32,000 bases of DNA from Candidatus Saccharimonadota bacterium (GCA_963706795.1 OY970170.1:990001-1022000), one strand, 5' to 3'; numbered from the stretch's first letter, positions 1 to 10,759 are shown. The notes: a model not told the origin generated them from the sequence alone. Numbers and translations: made by a program.

Positions 1-405
1 AAATACTCGAAAACTGAGACGACGATCGTCTCTAAAAAGTACCTCTCTGAGATTGCAAGAGCTCGATATTCTGAGATTCTCTATTTTGTAAATACTGAGC
101 TTAAGCGTATTGGTAAAGACGGAATGCTTCCAGAAGGTGCGGTGATTACAGGAGGTGCTGCCAAGATGCGCAACCTCGTAGATCTCGCAAAAGAAATCCT
201 CCGACTTCCTTCGGTGATCGGAGTTCCTGAGGATTCGGATCATATTTCGGGAACCTCGATTGGTGACCCACAATATGCGGGTATCGTCGGTACACTTCTT
301 CTCTCACAAAAATTCTCTCCGAATAAGAGCAGAATACGCCTCAATATCTCATTCGGATGATTTTGGCATTCGGTGAAAAATCTCTTTCAAAAAATCCTTC
401 CATAA
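1..405 (+). CDS. ftsA: Cell division protein FtsA, C-terminal part (5' end lies outside the window)
   Basis: Frame 1 is open from base 1. The sequence ...GAVITGGAAKMRNLVDLAKEILRLPSVIGVP... is typical of the FtsA actin-like C-terminal subdomain, and the gene sits directly upstream of ftsZ. Reading TGA 358-360 as Gly adds GGFWHSVKNLFQKILP, an amphipathic tail like the FtsA membrane-targeting helix. True stop is TAA 403-405. Confidence 0.9.
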
Positions 406-423
406 TCTCTCACATCTGTATAT

Positions 424-1623
424 ATGTCAGTAGCAAAGAAATCAGACGACAAGCTCAAAAATCTCCTCCGCGGTGGTGATATGCGATCGGCAGTAGAGGA
501 AATTAACGTCTCAGACTACATTTCACCTGTTGCCAATATCAAGGTTGTGGGAGTGGGTGGAGGTGGAGTCAATGCGGTTAATCGCATGATCCAATCAGGT
601 CTCGAAGGCGTAGAATTCATCGCTGTAAATACCGACGCTCAGGCGCTCTTTACATCAAAGGCTCCAATCCGCATCAATATCGGACGTGCGGCAACTCGTG
701 GTCTCGGTGCCGGAGCTAATCCTCAGATTGGTCAAAAGGCCGCAGAAGAATCAAGCGAAGAAATCAAGCAGGCACTCGCGGGTGCTGATATGGTGTTTAT
801 TACTTGTGGACTCGGAGGTGGAACAGGAACGGGTTCTGCACCAGTTATCGCTGAAATTGCAAAGGGTCTCGGAGCGCTCGTTATCGCGGTAGTTACCAAG
901 CCATTTTCATTTGAAGGTCAGCGTCGTTCGCTTCAGGCAATCGACGGATATGAGAAACTCAAGGATAAGGTGGATACACTCATCACGATCCCAAATGACA
1001 AGATCCTCTCAATCATCGATAAAAAGACTCCTCTCCTCGATGCATTCAATATTGTAGACGAAGTCCTCAATCAGGGTGTACAGGGTGTTTCGGATCTCAT
1101 TACGCTTCCTGGTCTCATCAACGTAGACTTCGCGGACGTTCGCTCGGTTATGGAAAATGCAGGTTCTGCGCTCATGGGTATTGGATATGGTTCTGGTGAA
1201 AACCGAGCTATCGAAGCTGCTCGCGCTGCCGTAGATTCTCCGCTTCTCGAACTCTCAATTGCGGGAGCTCGCGGTCTCCTCTTTAATATTACGGGTGGTA
1301 CTGATCTCTCAATGTTTGAGGTTGATGAAGCAGCTCGCATCATTACTGAATCATGCGATCCAGAGGCAAACATTATTTTTGGAGCAACCATCAACGAAAA
1401 TTATACTGGTGAAATCAAGATCACGGTTGTTGCCACTGGTTTTAATGAAGAAACTAACCAGCGCCATCTCGAGGTTTCAAAGCACTCATCAAGCGCAAGC
1501 CCGTTTGGTAAGAAGCTCATTGGACACCAGAGTACATTCTCAAATCCTGCTCCGGCTCCACGCCCAGCAGAGTCACAGTCTGATCTCGATGTTCCAGCTT
1601 TCCTCCGCAACAAGATGAAATAA
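424..1623 (+). CDS. ftsZ: Cell division GTPase FtsZ (399 aa)
   Basis: Intact ORF with ATG start and TAA stop. Contains the tubulin signature GGGTGTG ([18 protein letters not shown]), NTDAQAL, and the C-terminal peptide [11 protein letters not shown]. No in-frame TGA. Confidence 0.98.
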   Translation: MSVAKKSDDKLKNLLRGGDMRSAVEEINVSDYISPVANIKVVGVGGGGVNAVNRMIQSGLEGVEFIAVNTDAQALFTSKAPIRINIGRAATRGLGAGANPQIGQKAAEESSEEIKQALAGADMVFITCGLGGGTGTGSAPVIAEIAKGLGALVIAVVTKPFSFEGQRRSLQAIDGYEKLKDKVDTLITIPNDKILSIIDKKTPLLDAFNIVDEVLNQGVQGVSDLITLPGLINVDFADVRSVMENAGSALMGIGYGSGENRAIEAARAAVDSPLLELSIAGARGLLFNITGGTDLSMFEVDEAARIITESCDPEANIIFGATINENYTGEIKITVVATGFNEETNQRHLEVSKHSSSASPFGKKLIGHQSTFSNPAPAPRPAESQSDLDVPAFLRNKMK

Positions 1624-1640
1624 GCGAATAATATTCGATA

Positions 1641-1684
1641 AAAAATCCTCTGAAGCTCGCAAGAGCAAAGGAGGATTTTTTCTT
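1641..1684 (+). terminator. Rho-independent terminator after ftsZ
   Basis: Perfect 10-bp stem, aaaaatcctc (1641-1650) pairing with gaggattttt (1671-1680), followed by a T run. Confidence 0.7.
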
Positions 1685-1772
1685 TGAATTTCGGGTCGTT
1701 TTCTTTGCTTTTTAGTTTCCGGCACATACCCTAGATTCCAATAGCGCACTTTATATCTTTCCCATAACCATT

Positions 1773-2177
1773 ATGGAGACGCAAGAATTTCAGTCACTCG
1801 TACTACAGAAGTTCGATTCGATCGATAAACGTTTCGATGGTCTTGAAACTCGCTTCGACTGACTCGAAACTAAAGTAGATGGTCTTGAAACTAAAGTGGA
1901 CGGTCTTGAAACTAAAGTAGTTGGTCTCGAAACCAGATTCGACTGACTTGAAACTAAAGTGGACGGCTTCAAAACCCGCTTCGACTGACTTGAAAGCAAG
2001 GTTGACCACCTCTCCGAAGACTTCCAATCGTTCCGTGAAGAATCCAGAGCTGAGCATGATACGACGCGAGCGCTTCTCTCACAGGCATTCGGACATATCT
2101 CGGAAAATGTGTCTCACGAAGTTCGATTGCGGTCACTGGAACGTGAAGTCTTCCCAAAACGCCTCGTCAAAGCCTAG
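1773..2177 (+). CDS. Small heptad-repeat coiled-coil protein (134 aa); function unknown, possibly division-associated
   Basis: ATG 1773, TAG 2175-2177. Three in-frame TGA codons (1860, 1944, 1986). Product: METQEFQSLVLQKFDSIDK-[RFDGLET/KVDGLET]x9-...REVFPKRLVKA. Lies between the ftsZ terminator and its own terminator. Confidence 0.8.
1830..2018 (+). repeat. Nine tandem 21-bp (7-codon) repeats encoding (R/K)(F/V)DGLET
   Basis: Contiguous in-frame units: cgt ttc gat GGT ctt gaa act / cgc ttc gac TGA ctc gaa act / aaa gta gat GGT ctt gaa act, and so on. The fourth codon is GGT or GGC in five units, TGA in three, and CAC in the degenerate last unit. Confidence 0.9.
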
Positions 2178-2190
2178 GGAAATTCCTTAA

Positions 2191-2222
2191 AAAAGATCAT
2201 CTGAGTAGAGGTGATCTTTTTA
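2191..2222 (+). terminator. Rho-independent terminator after the heptad-repeat gene
   Basis: Stem aaaagatcat (2191-2200) pairs with gtgatctttt (2211-2220), with one G-U pair, and runs into a T tract. Confidence 0.65.
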
Positions 2223-2270
2223 GTTCTTCCTTTTGGACTTTCTTTTGATATTCAACTTCGAAACCCTAAA

Positions 2271-4988
2271 ATGACGTCCATGCAATTTATAGTAGTAGAC
2301 TTAGAAACCACCGGTTTAGATTCAAAAACCGACGCGATTATTGAGGTCGCGCTTTTACGTATCGATGAGACCGGCAAAGAGCTCGGACGATATGAGACGC
2401 TCATCAATCCTGGCTTTGCGATCAAAGAAGACATCACCTATATCACTGGGATTACCAACGAAGATCTCGTAAATGCTCCGGTATTTTCAGCTGTGCGAAA
2501 TACTCTCGCAGAGTTTTTGTGAGTGAGTCCGGTGATCGGGCATAATGTCGATTTTGATATCGCATTTTTGCGTGAATACGGACTCGATTTTAATGAGACG
2601 CTCATTATTGATACCTTTAAACTCGCGGAGATTTTGATGCTCCATGAGAAAAGTCTCAATCTTACAAGTATCGCGACGAGTCTTGGGTATAGCCATGTCT
2701 GAGCACATCGTGCGATGGCAGATGTACTCGCAACGGGATTTGTATTTGCGCATTTCTTCAAACAAATCCAGGATTTGGATGATGCACATCAAAAGCTCTT
2801 TATTTCGATCGCTTCTCGTACCGAAGAGGGGAATATGCTCCGATTTTTTGCGAACAAAGTAATCGAACTTGAGCTTGCGCCGGACGAGCTTATTATCGGA
2901 ATTCTTGAGTCGAAGCTCACACGCATGCCGCTTCCTACGAGACTTGTGAGCGATGAGCCTGAGGCGATTCCAAATTTTGCAGATGTTCTTGCGGCTGCAA
3001 CCAATCTCGAGGAACGTCCCGAGCAAATGAAGATGCTGAGTCTCGTCCACGAAGCCTATACCGAGGGTAAAAAATATCTCATCGAAGCTCCCACTGGAGT
3101 CGGTAAAACCATTGCTTACTTGCTTCCTGCGATTCTACATTCTACAAAAGAAGGGTCTCAGATTTTTGTCTCAACCAATACTCGAACTCTCCAAGACCAG
3201 ATTATCGAAAAAGACGTACCAAAACTCCGTGCGCTTTTAAAAGAATTTCATCTCGACCATTTTTCGGTACAAAAACTCAAAGGAAGAACCAATTATGTGA
3301 GCCTGCTCAAGGCCTTTGAATTTATCGACAAAGAACGGTTTGAATACTTCGAGGCTATTTTTGCGATCAAGATCGCGTACTGGCTCATGGAAACCAAGAC
3401 TGGTGAGCTCGATGAACTCTCGTTTTATGGACCTGAATATTCGCTCGTAGATGACATTAATGCCTCGGACTCAAGAGTCCTCGGCTCCGAAAATCCCCAC
3501 AAAGATGACGAATTTCTCTTCCTTGCACGTGAGTGAGCAAAGCGGGCAAATATTGTGGTCGTCAATCATGCGCTCTTGCTTACCGAATTTCTCGAGGACG
3601 AGCTTCGTGGCGTGCTTCCAAAGCTCGATCATCTCGTGCTCGATGAGGTCCACAATCTTGAGGCGGTAGCGACGGATACACTTAAAGCAACTTCTCATAC
3701 TGACGATATCGATCATGTCCTTGTCGAAGTCGATCGACTCGTAAAACGTCATAACAAAAAAGAAATCGCCGATCCATTTCTCTTCCCTGAGGCAAAAGAA
3801 CAATGAGAATGAATGGTGCTCACGGCTTCGATGTTTTTTGAAGAATTGGATTTTTATCTCGCTTCAAAAATACGGATGGGAGGAGGGGATTCGTATGGCG
3901 CTGGTCGAGCGACGGACTTGCTGCTTGATGGTGAATTTTTTAAGCATGAAGTGTATTCAAAGCTTCTCAAACTTTTTGATTCACTCCAGTTACGGGTTGC
4001 GGATTTTGAACGCATGCTTTTTTTGGCTCCCGAAAAACTCATGCGCGAACTCGAGGGGCCGATTGGGCGACTTGATTTTTTTATGAGCCATCTCGGACGA
4101 TTTTTATCTGAAGCAAATACCGCAAGTATCCGCATCCTCTCAAAGCGAGAGGGGCAATCTATCAAGATTGTAACGACTCCACTCGCGATCGGACCGCTCC
4201 TTGCTGAACGACTCTGGAAGGATCGTAAGAGTGTTGTTGCCACGAGTGCAACGCTCGCAGTTGGTGGATCATTTAATTATATCACTCGCGTACTTTCGCT
4301 CTGAGGCTTTGATCTACATGTACTCAAGACCGATTTTAATTACGCAAAACAGGCGCTGCTCTATATTCCGTCTGAACTCTGAGATGTGCGCAAAGAAGAA
4401 GAAAAGCGAGCAATTTCTCAGTTTGTCCGTGATATCGTGCTTATCTTTGGCGGCCGCACGCTCATGCTCTTTACAGCCTTCACAGCGATCAAAGAAATGG
4501 CACTCGCATGTGCTCCAGCATTTAAATCCAAGGGAATCCAGCTCCTCACACAATGAATGAGTGGTGGGAAGCATAAGATGATCGGAGAATTTATGCGAAA
4601 CTCCGACCACAGCGTTCTTTTTGGAACGGAGAGTTTTTGGGAAGGAGTCGACTTTCCTGGTGAGAGTCTCGAGCTTCTTATCATCCATAAATTCCCATTT
4701 GCGGTTCCAACTGATCCGATATTTATGGCGCGATCAAAGCTCTATGATAACGCCTTCCGTGACTACGCGCTTCCTGCAATGATCATCAAACTTCGCCAAT
4801 GAATCGGGCGCTTGATCCGTACAAAAACAGACAAGGGCGTGCTCGTGCTTCTCGACAAGCGCATAACCGGTGAATGGGGAAGCGAAGTGCTCGCATCACT
4901 TCCCGAATGACTCCCGATAAAAATGGTATCAACTAAAGAGTTCCTACCACTTCTCGAAGCGTCAAGGCCGAAATTTGCAACGAAGTAA
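2271..4988 (+). CDS. dinG: Fusion of a DnaQ-like 3'-5' exonuclease and a DinG-family ATP-dependent helicase (905 aa)
   Basis: Six ORF-track fragments (2211-2522, 2715-3536, 3555-3806, 3813-4304, 4557-4802 and linkers) share one frame. Ten in-frame TGA codons join them (2520, 2700, 3534, 3804, 3810, 4302, 4380, 4554, 4800, 4908). Exo motifs: FIVVDLETTGLD, GHNVDFD, HRAMADV. Helicase motifs: APTGVGKT, DEVH box, FWEGVDFPG, Q-G(TGA)-IGRLIR. No Cys cluster lies between motif I and DEVH, so this is the Fe-S-less Firmicute-type DinG. Stop is TAA 4986-4988. Confidence 0.9.
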
Positions 4989-5001
4989 GGAGAATGGTAG
5001 G

Positions 5002-5871
5002 ATGCTTTTGTATCCGTCTATTTCATCCTTTATGGAGCCACAAAAAACACAATTTCTCTCCCCGCAAGAGGAGATGAGTGGAGAGAGTCTATTTAAAGAG
5101 CTCGAGAATGAGCTCGATTTTGGTGATCTCGCCAAAGACAAAGAAGATCTCGCCAACGAGAAAAAACATCCACTCCAGATCGCAACGCGAGTGACTGATA
5201 TTCTCTTTAAGGTTCTCCTCGTCGCTTCGTTTATCTTGGGAGTCGACGTCACCCTTCGTAATTTGGATGCGAGTGGTTTTTTGTCGAATCTCCCGATTTG
5301 TTCATATCTCGCCTGGGGCGTAGGGGACTATGACAATACCGAATGTAAGTTATACGTTGAGATCAAGGACAAACTTACTAAAGATCGTGCCCAATACGAA
5401 AAGGATCTCACAGTTCCGCTTGCAATCTTGGTCCCTAAAAAACTCCAATCGCAGAATGTCCTCAATTCACCCGAAGTGCAATTCATTCAACTTCACACTG
5501 CTGGACGTGTAACACTCACAAAGGTGCTTGATCAATTCAATGAAATCAAGGCCTCATCCACTATCCGCAGAGGTGAAGACATCGAATGTAAAAAACTTAC
5601 TCTCGATGAAAAGGGCATCCTCAATGTCAACTGTGACTGCTATGGATTTGGACTTAATTCTGGTACAGAAGAATCCAATACTTCGAGGTCTACAGCACTT
5701 GCACTCATCGATAAGCTCTCGGACAAAAATAGTCATTTCCAGATCGTCGAAGTCCCAAAAGCACTCGATCTCGAAAAATACTCGAGCTCAGACCTCGGTA
5801 TCAAATCAACATTTAGTACACACACCACGCTCAATCTCAAGCTTCGCTACGTAGTATCTAATAAGTCGTAA
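5002..5871 (+). CDS. Hypothetical bitopic membrane protein, first gene of the pilus-like operon (289 aa)
   Basis: ATG 5002 is preceded by AAGGAG (4987-4992). Acidic N-terminal region, one predicted TM helix (ILFKVLLVASFILGVDV), then a ~190-aa external domain. The stop is 1 nt before the next start. No recognisable motif. Confidence 0.75.
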   Translation: MLLYPSISSFMEPQKTQFLSPQEEMSGESLFKELENELDFGDLAKDKEDLANEKKHPLQIATRVTDILFKVLLVASFILGVDVTLRNLDASGFLSNLPICSYLAWGVGDYDNTECKLYVEIKDKLTKDRAQYEKDLTVPLAILVPKKLQSQNVLNSPEVQFIQLHTAGRVTLTKVLDQFNEIKASSTIRRGEDIECKKLTLDEKGILNVNCDCYGFGLNSGTEESNTSRSTALALIDKLSDKNSHFQIVEVPKALDLEKYSSSDLGIKSTFSTHTTLNLKLRYVVSNKS

Positions 5872-5872
5872 T

Positions 5873-7132
5873 ATGTACGCTCCACTCGATAAGAAAAAAC
5901 AATCTCGCCTGATCAAAAGCGTCATCCTTAATGGTATGTTCGTGGTGATTTTGAGCGCATTTCTCTGGCTCTATGTTTATGATGGCTACAGTGCGGTCGG
6001 CGCCAAAGTTGATACACTCAATGACATGGTCAAGAGCTTCAATGCTATGAAAAGCGATGGGATCGATGGCCGCAAATACCAGACCCTCATCAGCAAGCTG
6101 AACAATAATAATCGTCCCAAAGACGAAAAGGTAGACTATGACAAAATTACTGAGGTCCTCAAAAAGCCTGCAAATGTCTCAATGCCATATATGGATTGGA
6201 TCAAGTCAGAGATGACAATGGTTAGTGCGTATGACAAAATCATCGAGAATAACGCTCGTATTATTGGAAATATTCTTCCGACATTTAGTGATTCTCCGGC
6301 TGATCAGGATGATACATTCTCAAAAAATCGCATTACCCTCAAGTCGCTCGTAAAATTTGTCGAAGAACACCTCCTCAAAAAATTCAATCTTGAGAGTTAT
6401 TCTTCGGTTGGTCTCTCAAATATTGTATTTAGTACTTCACAGGTTGGAGTTGTAAATATTGGTAGCTACAAAGTGACCCTCGATATTGCGGGTACAAATA
6501 ATTCGATTCTTGCACTCCTCGATGCGATTCAGGCTTCTGGAACCCTTCCACTCAAGGATGGGAAACTCGTTGATACTGATGTTTCAACTAATTCAGGAAC
6601 GGTAGCAACTCCTGCTGCTGATACTTCGACGGATTCTGCACTTTCAAATCTGCTCATCACTGTAGATGCTGCAAAATTTGATACACCTCCTGAGCGCAAT
6701 GATAACAAAAATAAGGGTCAGCTCGTGCTTGTGCTCTACGTACGAGGAAGAAGCTATAGCGACTTCATCCAGATCCGCAATGAGCTTGCAGCCAATATCA
6801 AGACACTCAAAAAGAATATCGAAACCAATGGCGGACTCTGCAAGGATGGAAACTCTGATATTTGTAAAAACCCGATTGCCTTTGCTGCAGTGAACTCTAT
6901 CAAGAGTCTCCAAGATGACATTGGCTCGATCGATCAAAAGATGCAAGAATCTCTCAAAAGTAACACTATCCGCGATATCGGAACTGAGTTTGATACTCTC
7001 TATGGCGTGCTCACCAGCTATAACGCTATAAACGCAAACTACCAAAAGGATCTCACTGACATTACAAACGCACGTCAGGGAGGCTCGTCAGACACTCAGA
7101 CACCCGCAACCAATAGCTCTACCGCTCAATAG
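5873..7132 (+). CDS. Hypothetical bitopic membrane protein, second gene of the pilus-like operon (419 aa)
   Basis: Intact ORF with an N-terminal TM anchor (VILNGMFVVILSAFLWLYVY) and a large external domain ending in a Ser/Thr-rich tail. Ends 4 nt before pilB. No in-frame TGA. Confidence 0.8.
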   Translation: MYAPLDKKKQSRLIKSVILNGMFVVILSAFLWLYVYDGYSAVGAKVDTLNDMVKSFNAMKSDGIDGRKYQTLISKLNNNNRPKDEKVDYDKITEVLKKPANVSMPYMDWIKSEMTMVSAYDKIIENNARIIGNILPTFSDSPADQDDTFSKNRITLKSLVKFVEEHLLKKFNLESYSSVGLSNIVFSTSQVGVVNIGSYKVTLDIAGTNNSILALLDAIQASGTLPLKDGKLVDTDVSTNSGTVATPAADTSTDSALSNLLITVDAAKFDTPPERNDNKNKGQLVLVLYVRGRSYSDFIQIRNELAANIKTLKKNIETNGGLCKDGNSDICKNPIAFAAVNSIKSLQDDIGSIDQKMQESLKSNTIRDIGTEFDTLYGVLTSYNAINANYQKDLTDITNARQGGSSDTQTPATNSSTAQ

Positions 7133-7136
7133 TACC

Positions 7137-8396
7137 ATGGCTTTCCAAGCTCTCGAAGATCTCAAAAACGAAGTCTACAAAGGAGACAATGCTCAGCTCA
7201 TTTGTAATCTTATTATTTCGGCTGCCGTTTCGATGCAGGCGTCGGATATTCATATTGAGCCGCTCTCGAATTTTGTACGACTCAGATATCGTATAGACGG
7301 AGTACTCACAGAAGTTCTCGAATACCAACAGTTTCTTCACTCTCAGATTGTTGCGCGTTACAAGATCCTCGCAAATCTCAAAATCGACGAATCCCGAATG
7401 CCGCAGGATGGACGTATCTCAACAACGCTCGAAGAAAAATCACTCGATCTTCGTGTTTCGACGCTTCCTACCGTCAATGGTGAGAAAATCGTAATGCGTA
7501 TCGTCGACAAATCCAAAAAAATCCCTGAGCTCAGTGCACTCGGTATTGAGGGGCGCAACGGAGTTCTTCTCCAAAAAGCGATCAGCTTACCAAATGGTAT
7601 TATACTCACCTCAGGTCCAACCGGTTCAGGTAAGTCGACGACACTGTATGCTTGTCTCTCTAAGCTCAACAAGCCAAACGTTAATATTATGACCCTCGAA
7701 GATCCTGTCGAAAACACGATCGATGGAGTCTCACAGAGTCAGGTTTTCCCAGATATTGGTTACAATTTTGCATCCGGACTTCGCACCGCTCTCCGACAGG
7801 ATCCAGACATCATCATGGTCTGAGAAATCCGCGACAAAGAGACTATTAATATCGCTATCGAAGCTTCGCTTACGGGTCATCTCGTGCTCTCGACGATTCA
7901 TACGAATTCTGCATCTGAGACGCTCACTCGTATTCTCAATATGGGAATACCAGCATATCTCTTGCCAGCTTCGATCAACGCCATCATCGCACAGCGCCTC
8001 GTTCGCAGACTCTGTCCGCATTGCAAAAAGGCGATCAAGGCTGCAGAACTTCCACAAAAAATGCAGGCCTCACTCAAACGTGCGATTGCTCGCACCAACA
8101 AGGATGAACTCGTTAGTCGTGTAGGTATAGAAAAGCTCAAAGATCCAACCTTCTACGAGCCAGTTGGATGTAACGAATGTGGGAATACCGGCTACTCAGG
8201 ACGTGTCGGAATCTACGAAATCATGGAGATTACGAATCGCATCAAAGAAGCGATCGTCGCCGGAGAATCCAGCGTCGTCATCAATGAAATCGGTATCGAT
8301 GAAGGGATGATCTCACTCGAACAAGACGGTATCATGAAGGCACTTAATGGTGCTACTTCGCTCGAGGAAGTCTACGCAGCAGCAAAAGAAAATTAA
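7137..8396 (+). CDS. pilB: Type IV pilus / type II secretion assembly ATPase (PilB/GspE family), short form (419 aa)
   Basis: Fragments 7137-7823 and 7884-8396 share one frame. TGA 7821-7823 falls on the Gly of the conserved IIMV-G-EIRD motif. Walker A is GPTGSGKSTT; His box is LTGHLVLSTIHTN. Tetracysteine motif CPHC...CNEC is typical of PilB/GspE rather than PilT. Confidence 0.93.
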
Positions 8397-8405
8397 TACA
8401 CCAGT

Positions 8406-9548
8406 ATGGAGGATATCATCATCCAAGACACTCAATCGAGTGCCGAAGTCACCAAAAAATCATTTAGATTCTCACTCGAATCCTTTGATGCATGGCTCGT
8501 CGCTCACCAGCGAATGAAGCTCAAAGAAAAGGTGATCTTTTTCCGACTTCTTGCGACCATGGTTAATGCAGGACTTCCAGTACTCAAGTCCATCGCTATC
8601 CTCGAAAAACAAGAGCAAAATCCTGTCGTCAAAAACGTCTACAGCCGCATCATCGAATGAGTAAAGGGCGGAAAAAATCTCTCCCTCACGCTTCGTAGTT
8701 TTGATGGTACATTCTCTGATGCTGAAGCCTCCATCATCGAATCCGGAGAAAAAACCGGTAAACTCAATAACGCCCTCCTCCAGCTTGCTGATCAGGTCGA
8801 AAAGGTCGACAGTGTTACTAAAAAAATCAAAGGCGCTCTCATCTATCCTGCAGCCATTGTCATCGTCATGTTCGGATCGATCACCGTCCTCATGACACTC
8901 GTTGTTCCCAAGCTCGTTGAGATGTTTGGTGACAAAGACAAGCTTCCGGCTCTGACGCAGCTCCTGATGGCGACGAGTGATTTCTTTGTAAATTACTGGT
9001 GGGCTATGATCGGTACGATTGTCATCGCGATCGTACTCCTCGGTGTATGGCGCAAAAGTGCAGAAGGTCACTACAAATTTGACGCACTTCTCCTCAAACT
9101 CCCAATCTTTGGATCAGTGCTTCGTAAGGTAATCCTCTCAAAGTTTTCACGTGTTCTCTCCAATCTCCTCGGCAGCGGTATCTCGATCGTAGAGTCTCTT
9201 CGAATCGTCTCCGAAGTCGTCGACAACGAAGTCTATCGCCAGCGAATCCTCGCCCTCCGTGAAGACGTCAAACGCGGAGTCAAAATCGCCGAAAATCTCG
9301 AAGACGACAAACTCTTCCCAGAAATGCTCGTCCAAATGATCAAAGTCGGAGAAGAAACCGCCAAACTCGATTCTATCATCCTCAAGATCGCTGACTTCTA
9401 TGATGAAGAAGTCGACAACACGATCAATGCAATTAACAAGACGCTCGAGCCAGTGATCATCGTAACCATGGCCATCGTCATCGGTTTCATCGCCGTCGGT
9501 ATCATGCAACCAATCATGAATCTCTCAGAAACGATCGAAAACAAGTAG
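8406..9548 (+). CDS. pilC: Type IV pilus / T2SS platform protein (PilC/GspF family, 380 aa)
   Basis: Fragments 8406-8660 and 8868-9548 are joined in frame through TGA 8658-8660. Shows the duplicated GspF-type pattern (FFRLLATMVNAGLPVLKSI... and FSRVLSNLLGSGISIVESL...) with three TM segments. Stop is TAG 9546-9548. Confidence 0.93.
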
Positions 9549-9556
9549 TGTCCCAT

Positions 9557-9601
9557 AAAAAATTCCCCTCCAAAGCTTTGTGCAAAGGAGGGGAATTTTT
9601 A
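9557..9601. terminator. Bidirectional terminator hairpin between pilC and the convergent pilin gene
   Basis: Perfect 13-bp stem, aaaattcccctcc (9559-9571) pairing with ggaggggaatttt (9587-9599), with an A run on one side and a T run on the other. The pilin stop codon (9599-9601) sits at its edge. Confidence 0.75.
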
Positions 9602-10759
9602 TGGAGCGATGCAGATTTTGCAGGATATATTAGAACTCGTACTTGGCTGTCCTGCATTGTGAGAGCAGGCTCCCGCTGAAGCTGCACCAGATGCAGCAAT
9701 CGTTTTTGTAGATGATTGCCAGCCGGCCGGACACGCAGTCATAACCACTTCTGTTCCTGATGGGAGTAATCCTGCAGCTTGTGTACGGCAGGCAAGACAT
9801 GCTGTGCCGCTACTGCAAGCCACTGTTTGAGGTAAGCCTAACGCTACAGTACTATTCGGTGAACTAATGGATCATGTTGGACAAGATGCTCATGCAATCA
9901 AATAATCTACTCATACGGGCACTGTACTATTTGGTTTCGCACTACAGACTTTTGCTAATCAGGTTGTCGAAAAGCCGATTCCAGGCGCTCCACTTAAAAT
10001 CGCATTTGTCGTCGAAACTGACCATCCCTTCGGGCAATCTGCCATGACGACTTCCATGATCCCTTTGTAATTCATTTCGAGTCCTCAGAGCGCTCCAGTG
10101 CTGGTGGAGATATTTGCGATAAACGTCTTGTTATCGAGGATGGCCATAATTGCCCCTGTATTTACCTGTACATCTACTTGTGTGACTGTTGAAGCATTAT
10201 ATGTCTCTTGTATTGGCTGATTGAGAGTCGAGCCTGTGATAGTTCCGACGAGTATTCCAAGCTGCGCTCATCGAGTGAGTGGCACTCGAGTATCATAGTT
10301 TGCAGCGTATGCCTGTGGTATGACAGAGCTCATCGCTGTTACTCCATTGGTATTTTCGAGAAGTGCGAGAATCTGGTATGTACTGCCGCTCGTGTCCGTG
10401 CTGTAGGTGTAGTACTGATTGTCCGTCGGATCCATCCCTTTGCCCCCAAATCAGATAAATCCGAGTAGATTTTTACCTGCATATCATTGTGCACCGATCG
10501 CTGCGCCTGAGGCAGTAATCGTAATTACATTCGCATCCGGTTGAGGTAGTGAAATTCCTGTGGTAATCTGTGCTTCAAGTGCAACTCAGATCGAGGCAAG
10601 ATCGCTTGATCTCGTGCTGTCTCGCGCACTGCTCGAATATCCTTGGAGCGACAAAAATCCAATCGTCCCCAAAATCGCAAGAATCGTAATCACCACAATG
10701 AGCTCAACAAGTGTGAAGGCTGCAGATCCAGAGTAACTTTTGTCTCTATTTCGCATCAT
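9599..10759 (-). CDS. Large type IV pilin-like protein with a Cys-rich C-terminal module (386 aa)
   Basis: Hand translation of the - strand from ATG 10759 to TAA 9599-9601 is open when nine in-frame TGA codons are read as sense. The N-terminus MMRNRDKSYSGSAA-FTLVELIVVITILAILGTIGF is a class III (prepilin) signal with the conserved Glu at +5. A pilin-core-like YYTYSTDTSGSTYQILALLEN follows. The last ~150 aa carry 10 Cys. Confidence 0.85.

Noticed and set aside
1830-2018. A regular 21-bp repeat array that could be mistaken for a CRISPR-like or satellite repeat.
   Set aside because: The units are contiguous with no spacers. They stay in frame and encode a heptad peptide repeat inside a complete ORF with its own start, stop and terminator.
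2211-4802. Runs of short same-strand ORFs (for example 2211-2522, 2715-3536, 3555-3806, 3813-4304, 4557-4802) that look like a decayed pseudogene or frameshifted gene. Similar fragmentation occurs at pilB, pilC, both kinases and elsewhere.
   Set aside because: All fragments share a single frame. Every break is TGA and never TAA or TAG. The breaks fall on conserved glycine positions. This is recoding, not gene decay.
8472-9071. Long antisense ORFs in the track: 8472-9071 (-) at 199 aa, 1071-1394 (-), 14585-14983 (+), 15236-15691 (+), 16763-17290 (+), 17786-18298 (+) and 24044-24916 (+).
   Set aside because: Each lies opposite a gene with strong motif support (pilC, ftsZ, dnaA, DEAD-box helicase, FIST kinase). 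Their products are low-complexity sequences with no motifs. They are shadow ORFs.
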